From assembly GCF_035084215.1 (NCBI RefSeq), contig NC_090364.1, forward strand, positions 12,462,001 to 12,526,000: DNA of 64,000 nucleotides, read 5' to 3'. This stretch comes from Heptranchias perlo (lineage: Eukaryota). This document shows, piece by piece, positions 38,401-47,300 of this stretch. The notes under the pieces were generated by a model. That model ran no database searches. It worked only from the letters and a program-made list of their open reading frames with translations, and had not been told where the DNA came from. Every line of letters begins with the position of its first letter. The stretch's first letter is position 1. The translations under genes and the position numbers were made by a program.

Positions 38401-39762
38401 TGCCATCTACAGGTTATATTTAGTTTCACACCTAGTAATATGTGTTGATTGGACTTATTTGCTCAGGTCACGAATGGGGTTACTTATGAATTAATGATAA
38501 CTACCTCCCTGCAAAAATCACTCCCATTAGAAGTTAACAGGCAATGTATTTACTGTTCAACTTTAAATGTCAGTATTAAATTTCTAATAAACACTTGTGG
38601 TATTGTTCAGCGTTTCCTTCCATAATGTGATATTATTTAACTGGATTTGAGTTCTGCATGCAGTTAATTATTCGTCCCCCATCTCCCTCCTTGCTAATTA
38701 TCTTCTACATGTTTTACCTCAGTGGAAAAGGTGACTATAGATCATAGAATGATACAGCACGGAAAGAGGCCATTCGGCCCATCGTGCCCGTGCTAGTTCT
38801 TTGGAAGAGCTATCCAATTAGTCCCACTCCCCTGATCTTTCCCCACAGTCCTGCAAATTTTTCCTTTTCAAGTATTTATCCAATTCCCTTTTGAAAGTTA
38901 TTAATGAATCTGCTTCCACCGCCCTTTCAGGCAGTGCATTCCAGATCCCTAGGTTATGGATGCCCAGATCTCTCAATGGTTTAATAGATTTAATCTAATC
39001 GGTAACTAAGCCCCACTGACCAGGAAAGTTCCTGGTTCAATCTCTTGTTTGTGTTCAGGTAGTTGATTTCAGCTATGGCGGCAGTAGGGAGAGCTACCAC
39101 TGACTTCACGTCTATCTGACTGAAAGGTGAGGAAACATCAGGAAACATCATCCATGTTCCTGCTCACGGTTGCTATCTAGTGACACCTTAGAGAAGTGCA
39201 CATGTCGACATTAGCTGAGGACAGGATTGTTTTCTCTTAGCTGTACAGCCAAATTACCCAGCAACCCTCACCGAAAAAGGTCACATGGCACTGCAGGAGA
39301 CCTAATGCTTATAAAACTGTACGCCAGCAAGAGAAATCGACAGAGAACTGGCGAGAGAAAGATGTTTTTTAAAGAAAGATCATTCATTGGCCGTGATAGG
39401 CAAGTTTTGAATTGGTCAGTTGGAGGTTCATGTTTATTAGCTACAACAAACCGAGTGCTTATTTGGATCAGTCAATAGGAGGTACTTGTTCACTGCAGAC
39501 CATTTTCCTGTGTTGGATTGACTAATAGGTGATGCACATCAGTTAGCATAATTTTTCAGTGCTCATCTTGATTTGGTCAGATGTGTGAGAAGCAATCCCA
39601 CTGACAGTGCTGGGCACTGATCATCGATTCCCGTCCCCCACCCCCAGAATGATGAAGAATATATACTTAATGTCCAAAGTATCAACATGATTTGCTTTAT
39701 TTTACACAGGACACAATCTATTGTACAGGTCTAACCAAATTGGACAGCTGTACACCCCATAA
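5439..39762 (+). CDS. B7-family costimulatory ligand, ICOS-ligand-like (CD80/CD86/ICOSL group). Spliced gene: 5439-5467, 20117-20175, 25712-26056, 28974-29273, 30162-30314, plus last exon 32756-32790 or 39710-39762 (306 or 312 aa)
   Basis: All introns are GT-AG with matching phases (2,1,1,1,1). Protein MELGQRRTLRGTRLVPGLFECGLLLCWGTVSLSSLAVSGIVGESALLPC..RVYWQ..GNFSLHL..DDAEYKC..VLSVLVTLQVAAHYTDPVL..CSSWGGYPKPIVNW..CSIYNAKLQENKT..TM. V+C architecture and these motifs resemble ICOSL as I recall it (VLSVEVTLHVAANFSVPVV, GYPRPNVYW, IENVLLQQNLT). Terminal exon uncertain. Confidence 0.85.
6415..7560. mobile_element. Cluster of CR1 3' fragments in both orientations
   Basis: Repeated RGHRFKVIG..FTQRVV..WNALPERAVE motifs and CR1 tails. 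Confidence 0.85.
8480..9170 (+). mobile_element. CR1 LINE 3' fragment
   Basis: [37 protein letters not shown]. Confidence 0.9.
9270..11675 (+). mobile_element. 5'-truncated, disrupted CR1 LINE (end of endonuclease, RT, C-terminus)
   Basis: KSPGPD..YPRLLKE, WRTANVVPLFKK, NYRPVSLTS, MDFSKSFDKVP, QGSVLGP, KFADDTK, with stops and frameshifts. Confidence 0.95.
12745..13360 (+). mobile_element. CR1 LINE 3' fragment (preceded by an L2/SINE-type tail at about 12655-12740)
   Basis: [36 protein letters not shown]. Confidence 0.9.
13460..17607. mobile_element. Degenerate, rearranged PIF/Harbinger transposon (HARBI1-like DDE nuclease + Myb/SANT gene)
   Basis: Nuclease fragments QGAID.THI, F.NQKGFHS.NVQ.VC, WLL.NKGYPL (minus, 13913-14700) and CCTFHNFAI (plus, 15190-15460). 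Myb/SANT exon WEEIAEYVN..PRTWMQC (minus, 17212-17466) with downstream exons 15750-16950. TIR-like ttaaaatcagccc at about 17595-17607. Confidence 0.85.
14772..15195 (+). mobile_element. CR1 3' fragment inside the Harbinger nuclease gene
   Basis: ETYKILRGLNRVDAERLFPL..WNSLPQRAV, followed by the tail. Confidence 0.9.
18116..18660 (+). mobile_element. Second Harbinger fragment (Myb/SANT exon 1 remnant)
   Basis: APGFSDAALEALVQAV...KKLNDLTRVVK|gtaac, homologous to the Myb exon at 45968-46207. Confidence 0.7.
19065..19450. mobile_element. Penelope-like retroelement fragment (RT motif + pLTR)
   Basis: Minus-strand PRTAHFYLLPEIH..CPGRPIVS is the PLE RT motif. It adjoins a terminal repeat with a mutated hammerhead core. 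Related pLTR copies at about 32495-32640, 43125-43275, 48780-48870 and 48990-49400. Confidence 0.8.
19844..19984. mobile_element. Palindromic MITE-like element
   Basis: gcctgaatttcctcgggctttctgc..taact..cggaagtg / cacttccg..agtta..gcagaaagcccaaggaaattcaaggc inverted arms. Confidence 0.7.
20117..20175 (+). CDS. B7-like gene signal-peptide exon (GTRLVPGLFECGLLLCWGT)
   Basis: Acceptor ttttacttcatctcag, donor CAG|gtaaat, hydrophobic peptide, phase 2 in and phase 1 out, matching the IgV exon. Confidence 0.7.
21365..23060 (+). mobile_element. tRNA-derived Deu-domain SINE (SacSINE1-like) split by a CR1 insertion (about 21711-22965)
   Basis: SINE body ends ..gtgactacac at 21710 and resumes acttcaaaa..gctttgggatgtcc..tatataaatgcaa at about 22966. 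The intervening CR1 has MDFQKAFDKVPH, QGSVLGP and KFADD. Confidence 0.85.
23400..24490. mobile_element. CR1 fragments (minus 23400-24000; plus 24190-24490)
   Basis: [26 protein letters not shown]. Confidence 0.85.
25160..25605 (-). mobile_element. tRNA-derived Deu-domain SINE (near full length)
   Basis: tRNA-like head (ggtagcactct..gagtcagaaggttgtgggttcaa), conserved core and L2-like tail. Confidence 0.85.
25712..26056 (+). CDS. B7-like gene IgV exon
   Basis: Polypyrimidine acceptor and G|gtaaag donor, 345 nt, phase 1-1. Canonical Cys (LLPC), Trp (VYWQ), FSL and D-x-x-x-Y-x-C. Confidence 0.93.
27170..27615 (-). mobile_element. tRNA-derived Deu-domain SINE
   Basis: Same family as 25160-25605. 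Confidence 0.85.
27912..27957 (-). ncRNA. Minimal type I hammerhead ribozyme motif (Penelope-associated)
   Basis: Minus strand UUUAC-CUGAGGA-aGGAGGaagCCUCC-GAAA-GCUU-GUAGA: core boxes, stem II, stem I and a palindromic mini stem III. Confidence 0.65.
28974..29273 (+). CDS. B7-like gene IgC exon
   Basis: Acceptor ttttag and A|gtaagt donor, 300 nt, phase 1-1. Motifs CSSWGGYPKP..W..NVTSIL..ITCSIYN. Confidence 0.93.
29667..29855. repeat. 43-bp tandem repeat, about 4 copies
   Basis: ggggctttcctggtctgtataactctgtaaaacaccacacaat with period 43. Confidence 0.9.
30162..30314 (+). CDS. B7-like gene stalk/transmembrane exon
   Basis: Acceptor ggacag, donor G|gtaagt, 153 nt. Translates NSSEKHNKEIIAPGNDTHHKWVAPMAVVALVIVVSLAIYIYLKCFPRSLLN. 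Confidence 0.9.
31200..31495 (+). mobile_element. CR1 3' fragment
   Basis: [26 protein letters not shown]. Confidence 0.85.
32756..32790 (+). CDS. B7-like gene candidate terminal cytoplasmic exon A (GQGEVVERFTG*)
   Basis: Acceptor ctcttcccttgcag, in frame with the TM exon. No transcript support available. Confidence 0.4.
36443..37617. repeat. Long inverted repeat (arms about 36443-36982 and 37229-37617)
   Basis: The same 72-aa translation appears on opposite strands (36717-36935 + and 37277-37495 -) with one difference. The left arm has an extra insert of about 150 bp. Confidence 0.95.
37625..38030 (-). mobile_element. L2 LINE 3' end
   Basis: LHWLPV..R.DFKIL.LVF.SLHGLAPPYL..WNSLP. Related degraded piece at about 33250-33700. 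Confidence 0.88.
39710..39762 (+). CDS. B7-like gene candidate terminal cytoplasmic exon B (GHNLLYRSNQIGQLYTP*)
   Basis: Acceptor tttattttacacag, in frame, followed by AT-rich sequence and ATTAAA at 39910. Confidence 0.4.
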
Positions 39763-41226
39763 TGTGAAAGTAATCATGAATGAAATTAGCCAAAATATGT
39801 TTCTGAACTTTTTTTTAATACATATCAATATCTACATATATAAAAATTCCTAGGTTTGCTTAAGTAATTAAATTTTACAAACTTCCTCAAATTATCCTTC
39901 CCAAATGAAATTAAAATGGAGCTCTCACTCTTCCTACATCTTTACGTTTGTTTATATTTTCTAACCAATTTTTTTTTTTTGCATTCTTTCGTTTTCTCCA
40001 CTCCTGAAGATGTTGTCTTGTGCTGGGTGAACTTATCGCCCGAGGATGAAGCTGGCATTCCAGATTGGCTACCCGCTATAGAACCTGCCCAGGTGACAAG
40101 TTGAAAATCTACCCTGCTGCCGCATGCTGGGTTCCAGATGCCCGCCAGCCAGGCCCTCAACCAAATGGCCGTGTTGCATGTGTGAGGTTAAACAGCAGAT
40201 TCTCAAAGGCTATTTGGCTGTTGGGGACGTTCGAGTCAAGTCTAGTTCTGTTATCATGGCATCCCTATGCTGAATGCAGGCTCGAGGGACCGTACGGCCT
40301 ACTCCTGCTCCTATTTTTTTTTATGTTCTTATGCACCTTCCAGGAGTAACTGGATAGCAATCAGGAGGCGGAATCATTGGCTGATTTTCCACTCCCAAGC
40401 CCAGGAACACTGGGACCTGGCCTTGTGCTGTCCCTTGCACCATCCGCACAGGCCAGGGATTGAAACTGGAAACCTTGCTGGCCTGTATGAACCAGTTCAC
40501 GTTGAGAACTGCGCTTACCAACTAAGCCATCAGGGGATCGACAACATTTTCTGTGGACGCTTACTTATTATAAAAATAACTTAATTTTCCATTTCCTCAT
40601 TCGTGATAAATAGCAATTAGAGGACAGATTGACACAGCTTGAAGACAATGCAGGATATATATTCTGCCATTCGGTTTAAATTCCCACTGGGCTTTCTGTT
40701 AGCAAAAGTTGGTTCAATTTAAAGCAGGAAAACTCACATTAGCTAACGGAGGAAGCAAAGGGACTCTGGAACTCTCCTCCAAAAAGCTGTTGAGGCTGGG
40801 GGTCAATTGAAAATTTCAAAACTGAGATTGATTGATTTTTGTGAGGCAAGGGTATTAAAGGTTATGGAACCAAGACGGGTAGATGGAGTTAAGATACAGA
40901 TCAGCCAGGCTCGAGGGGCTGAATGGCCTCCTCCTATCCCTTTGTTCCTATGTTCCCGGCAGTCCTTTATTTTGAGCAGATACATCCAGTGGGCCAGTCA
41001 GAAATGTCAGTCAACGAACCAGAAAGCTTAAACTTTAAGCACAAGCAAAGGACACGTTCCTAACCTGTAAACCGCTCCCTGCTGGTCAGCATCATTGTAA
41101 CCTCTGCCAAGACAACGTTAAGACTTTTGAAAAATGCAGTGATATTGGTGAAGTGCTTTTGTCGTGTTCTGTCTTCAGTCACTTGGATTGCTCTTCAATG
41201 AAGCACTGGTCGGTGATGAGCATTCT

Positions 41227-41343
41227 TCACAGGGTATCTTGCCTGACTTCAGCATACACCATTTCACACTCCACTCTTTGCTTTGGATTCGTTGTTGGAG
41301 AAAAATTCACAGAAGCATAATGGATCTCTCTCTTTGGACGATT
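41227..41343 (-). CDS. VJ receptor ITIM exon (NRPKREIHYASVNFSPTTNPKQRVECEMVYAEVRQDTL*)
   Basis: Acceptor ctctctgaccag. ITIM consensus I-x-Y-x-x-V followed by NF, plus a second distal YxxV motif. Confidence 0.85.
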   Translation of the reverse strand, partial: NRPKREIHYASVNFSPTTNPKQRVECEMVYAEVRQDTL

Positions 41344-44300
41344 CTGGTCAGAGAGGCAGATGAGCATCATTTACTTAACACGTGAGAAAAAGGAAAATAG
41401 GACAAGCAGACGGAGAGCTTCCCCATCTGTGCTCGTTAGCTGTGATTTTCCACTCTTTAAAGCAAATGGGCAGAGAAGCATGGCTGGTAAGGCACAGAAG
41501 AGGAAAATGCTGGACACACTGTTTCTACTTTTAAATGTAAAATTGTTTTTAAGTTTGTATCTTAGTTGCATATTAAAAAGAACTTCTGAGTAGCTTTATT
41601 ACTGTAATGTCATGGTGTATGAGTTGAACATTATGAAAACTGGCGACCCCAGGGAGACTATTGTTTTAGAGAGTGGGGGGCAGGAGGGAGAGATCACGGG
41701 CCCTGTGAGAAATTGGAAAGGTGGGGGGAAGTGGACGACATCGGGGGGGTCCAGCATCAGGGGGCGGCCGATTGCGGAGTCATGTCGCACCAGGCGAGCT
41801 TAGGCCTGGATGAAGCATCCCTGCTCCTCCGGGCCCACAAGCAGTAGAACAAAGGCCCTCGCCTCGTGGATCCGGCCCTTCCTGCCTGCTCTCACCTGAT
41901 GTGAATCGGAAGCGATGGGAAACCCGAACAGGTAAGGTTACAATTGTTTTACTTTTGTGATACACAAAAAGTTAACTACCTCAACTATTTTAATGAGGGA
42001 CGTTGCCCCTTTAAGTATCATCCCTGCCGACTTTAAGTGGGCGCAGGACTTCCGGGTGTCTGTTGTAAGCACGCTTCCAAACACGCCTGTATCAAACCCA
42101 GGAGTGGGAGCGTTGGAGCCGGGATGGGGTCCTGCTCCAAAAAGCTATTATTTTAACCCCCCCCCCCGCAACCCAACTAGTCTTGGGGGTTAAAATTTGG
42201 AATTCTCTACCCCAGAGGGCTGTGGATGCTCAGTCGTTGAGTATATTTAAGACTGAGCTCGATAGATTTTTGGACACTGTATATTTAAACAGTTTATCAT
42301 GGGGTTAATTTAGATTTCTACCTGGGTTAGCTGATTGACATGTCAATGTTATCGATGCCAGCACGCACTAACCACCAGTCATAGGGATGCACTTCTGACC
42401 TGCTGACGTTAACATATACAATCCAGTGCCATGGCAGTGAACTAATCAATATGACAGACATTATCATTCATTTATGGGACCTTGCTGTGTGAAAATTGGT
42501 GGCGACCTAACAACAATGGTTGCAATTCCAAAGTAATCCATTAGTTGTAAAGTGCTTTGGGACCTCCCGAGGAGATGATAAGATGCTATATAAATGCAAA
42601 CTGTTGTTGTCGCATGTTCTTTCTTCCTTACCTGTCTGCAGGTTGCACCTTCACTTTGTGACACCTGGTCTCCGGTCAATGCGAGAGCCCGACCTGATGG
42701 ATTGAAATAAGGAGTATTTGTAAGAGAGGGAATGGAATTAACAGAAAGTAACAACTCAACTAGACCCAAGAACATAAGAAATAGGAGTAGGCCGTACGGC
42801 CCCGCGAGCCTGCTCCGCCATCCAATAAGATCATGGCTGATCTTCGCCCTCAACTCCACTTTCTCGACCGATCCCCATATCCCTTGATTCCCTTAGTGTC
42901 CAAAAATCTATCGATCTCAGTCTTGAATATACTCAATGACTGAGCATCCACAGCCCTCTGGGGTAGAGAATTCCAAAGATTCACAACCCCCTGAGTGAAG
43001 AAATTTTTCCTCATCTCAGTCCTAAATGGCCGACCCCTTATCCTGAGACTATGCCCCCTAGTTCTAGACTCTCCAGCCAGGGGAAACAGCCTCTCAGCAT
43101 CTACCCTGTCGAGCCCTCTAAGAACACAAAAGCAACATACTGCAGATGCTGGAAATCTGAAATAAAAACAGAAAATGCTGGAAACACTCAGCAGGTCAGG
43201 CAGCATCTGTGGAGAGAGGAACAGAATTAACGTTTCAGGTCGATGACCTTTCATCAGAACTGGAAGATGTTAAAGATGAGACAGGGTAAAGGTTCTGATG
43301 GAACAAGGTAGGGGGTCTGGTGGGACAGGGTAAAGGGCCTGATGGAGGATCTGTACCAGAAACCTTATCTGTTTGCACTTGCTGTGCATTTCCAGCAATT
43401 TCTGTTAAATTTAAAATGTTACATCAGCTATCTACATTGTGCAGAGGCCGACATTTTTAACTTTAAAATGTAAAACTATAGTAACTCCCTTCCTAACAGT
43501 ACTATGGGAGAACCTTCACCACACGGACTGCAGTGGTTCAAGAAGGCGGCTCACCACCACCTTCTCAAGGGCAATTAGGGATGGGCAATAAATGCCGGCC
43601 TCGTCAGCGACGCCCACATCTCATGAACGAATAATAAAAAAAATATTTACATATGGAATGTTCCAACAGCAGATGCAGCCCTCTATAAAATTACACAACC
43701 AGATGCAGTTACATAAAGTTACAGCAGCAGAGGTATAGGGGGGAATTTTAACCCCGGAGTGGGATTGATTTGTGGACTCTCCTCTCCCGCCCGAGTCGGG
43801 CGGCACACCCGGAAGAAGTCGGAGCGAGGCTCAGCTGACTTTTATCATGTTGAAACGCAGCAAGGCTGACTCCCAACGAATATGATACAGAACAGGAGGA
43901 GGCCATTCGGCCCATCGTGCCTGTGCCGGCTCCTTGAAAGAGCTATCCAATTAGCCCCACTCCCCTGCTCTTTCCCCATCGCCCTGTAATTTTTTCCCCT
44001 TCAAGTATTTATCCAATTCCCTTTTGAAAGTTACTATTGAATCTGCTTCCACCGCCCTTTCAGGCAGCGCATTCCAGATCAAAACAATTCGCTGCTTAAA
44101 TTTTTTTATCCTCATGCGGCCTCTGGTTCTTTTGACAATCACCGTAAATCTGTGTCCTCTGGTTACCAACCCTTCTGCCACTGGAAACAGTTTCTCCTTA
44201 TTTATTCTTATCAAAACTGTTTGTGATTTTGAACACATTTCATCATTTGCATCAAATCACTAACCACCCAAGCATCAACCCATAGTAATTTTTTTTTTAA

Positions 44301-47300
44301 ATAAAGATTTACTCACTTTGCAACTTCTGCGAGATGCTCCCCCAGTGACGACTGCAAAACTGGTGGTCGGCTGCTGTGGAAGATGTTGGGACCCTTGAGA
44401 CGCTCGTGGCCGGTGAACTCTGGGAGGTCGAGCCCGAGAGGGCGCGGCTGCAGACTGGAGCTCCTCGGCTGCTGCCAGGGCGGTCTGGCCCAGTCGGCTA
44501 TCGGGCACCGTGGCGGGTATTGGTTGAGGGGGTGTCGAGAGAGCAAACGCGGTGCCGTCCTGCGAGAGGGCGACACTTGCCTGTCCCTTAGCGCTACCGT
44601 CACTCCCGCTGATCTGAGGGAGAGCAGACTGCAGGAGATGAGTGACCCTTTGAAAGCCCCTGTCCACGTGGTCCACCATTCTATCCATCTGGCACACCAG
44701 TCTTTCCAAGGTGGAGCAGACGTTGGAGCCCAGGGTCTGGATGGCAGCCGTCTGAGCTTCCATCAAAGCTTCGATAGTTGGTGAAACAGACTCCTGCTGT
44801 GAGGGCTCGGCTGCTGTGTCCCTGGAGGTGGTCGCACATTCCAGGGTAGATTGCAAAGTGGAAATGACGTGCGATACAACTCCACACATGGTGGAAGTGG
44901 ACTCCTCCATACTTTCGGACATGGTGCTCAAAGTCTGTGGCAGCCCCTCCAATACCTCATACAACCGATAGTGCGCCTCAAGCATTTTTCTTTTCATAGC
45001 CGGATCCCTGAAGTCCGCATCTCTGTCCCACTCAGCAGAGCTAGGAGGGGACATCGCCCTCCGGCGAGTCGTCTCCTGGGCTGGCCCTGCCACCAGTACC
45101 TGCTCCTGCCTACTTGTGCTGTGTGTTTCACCGGGTGCGGGCCCCTCTAATTCACTCTCTATCCCATCCGGAGTGGGAATCTCTGCGCTGGTGCTTCGGA
45201 GGGATGGAGTGCGTGACTGTGCTCTCTCTGTAGGGATGTCCTCCTCCGAGGTGTCTTCTTCAGGAGCTTCTTGAGGAGGTTGCTGCTGCGGAGGTGGACC
45301 TACAGGAAAGAGGAAAAGAATTAGGTTTGCAATGAAAGGCGGGACATTTGCACGTGAAAGGCTTAATCATAGTGGTAGAGGTTTTGAAGTTGGCTGTAAT
45401 TGCTTGTGGTACATGTGAAGAGCAGTCACCATGCTTGGACAAGCCACCAGCCTCGCCATCTCCAATGCTGATTGCTCTGAATGTCCCACTTATGTCCATA
45501 GCCGCCTGCTCCGCCTGGGTGAGGATTACGATGTCGGCTGTTCCTGCACCAATCTTATTTCTCTCCCTCATGTTGTGCGCTGTCTTCTCCTGCAGAACGG
45601 GAAAGAGAGAGTAAGCAGTGGCTATTGAGCAGGCAGGTGCCAGGGTGTGGAGCTTCTGCGTGGAGTGCATAAGCTGACAGGGATGAGAAGCCATATGCTA
45701 GAGAATGGGGATGTCGTGAGTAGGAAGGAAGTGGCTTGATTGTGAATTGAGGAAGGAGTTCTGGGTAAGTGCAGGTTCAGTAAGTGACAGCAGACGCGTG
45801 TCGTAAGTGGAAACAGCAAGCAGGAGGTGAGTGTGTGTTAGGAGTGAACATGAGGGGCGGTGATTGCTGGTAAGGACTGTGAGACAGTAGCGGCCACTGC
45901 TCTGCATTCTGTAGGATGGAGGGAGTGTGACCAGTTGCAATGCAACAGATGGAGAAGCTTTACTCACCCTTGCTGATCTAGTGAGATCATTGAACCTCTT
46001 CCTGCACTGGATCCAGGTCCTTGGGGTGACACTCAGTCTACTGACTTCCTCTGCCACCTCTAACCATCCTTTCTTTGAGAGGCTGCTGTGCACCTTCTTT
46101 CCACTTTGGGGGAAAAGCACTCCCCTCCTGGCTCTGACTGCTGCCACCAACACCTCCAGGGAGGTGTCTGAAAACCTTCGAGCAACTTTTCCCCTCCTTC
46201 CAGCCATGTCCACCGTCCAAGCGCAAGAGGAAATCGAAACGAAAGCAACGTTAAGATTCAGCGAATGCAACGCCTCTTTAAGCGGTGCATTCACCCTTTA
46301 AATATCCTGCCTCGGGACCGCCGCCGGAAATTGCGAGTAAAAGGCGGGCGGGCGGGCGGTGGACGCGATGGGCCGGCCCGCCCGCCAATCATATTATAAT
46401 AGCAGAGGAAGGGGAAAAAAAACCGGCAGTTAAAATCCACCGGGTGCCGCTCCGAATTCGTCTTCCGGCAGCGCCGCCTTCCCCGCCCCGGTTCCCGTCC
46501 CGGGTTAAAATCGCCCCCCACATTCTGCTGCTCTCGGTCTCTCCGCCGCTCGCCAGCCCCGAATCGTGCAATTGATAGCGGGAGGGGAAAAGGGGCTTTA
46601 AAAACGACCTGACATGCCGGAGAGGGTGAGCACTGGACCTGCAGGGAGGGTTGCCTCTCAAGGATTAACAAACCCCCCCCCCCCCCGCCTCCCTCCTTAC
46701 ACATGTCTTCAGCCCCATTGAAAGAGTTATTTTACATTGTTATTAAGAGCCACACAATCCAGCCTTTTTAATGCATGAATAAAAAGTAGACCCAGAACGC
46801 ACCTTTTTTGAGTTGCATGGCATAAATCATCGCCGCCAGCAGCAACAGGAGTGAGACTGCAGCCAGGGCTATGAAGTAACCAGACTGGGAGGACGGCAGG
46901 CTGCAGACTGGGCACGGAATGCTGCTGGCCGGAGATGGGGCACCTCGACAGTCTTCAGAGGGGCCGGCTCCTGAAACCCAAAACACAATCTCATCAGATG
47001 CCAGACACGAACCTGGGGTTTAGGGACCCCCCCCCCCCCCCCCAAAAAAAAAAGCCTCATTCAAAGTCAACGATTCCCCAGCCATATCCAGATTCTCCTG
47101 TCACCTTCCAGTAAAAGAGCAAAACTTTTTAAAACTGTTAAAACTTTACAGAATCAAGAGTTGGTGGTGAATCAGGTGTTGGTGGTGATTTTGTTAAGTT
47201 TATATATCCTCGGGCACGGCATCGTTGATATCTCTCGGCTCTCCCACTATACAGTAAACGCAAAGCTTTTGTTTTTTAGGGGACGAGCAAAGATGAACAA

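Noticed and set aside
43650-43685. Possible mini-exon (EGCICCWNIPY) in the receptor intron
   Set aside because: Weak donor; the exon at 42632-42693 has much stronger sites for the same phase transition.
47140-47250. Pro/Thr-rich minus-strand stretch (NLTKSPPTPDSPPTLDS) as an extra hinge exon
   Set aside because: The nearest acceptor gives phase 2, incompatible with the flanking phase-1 exons, and the gene model is complete without it.
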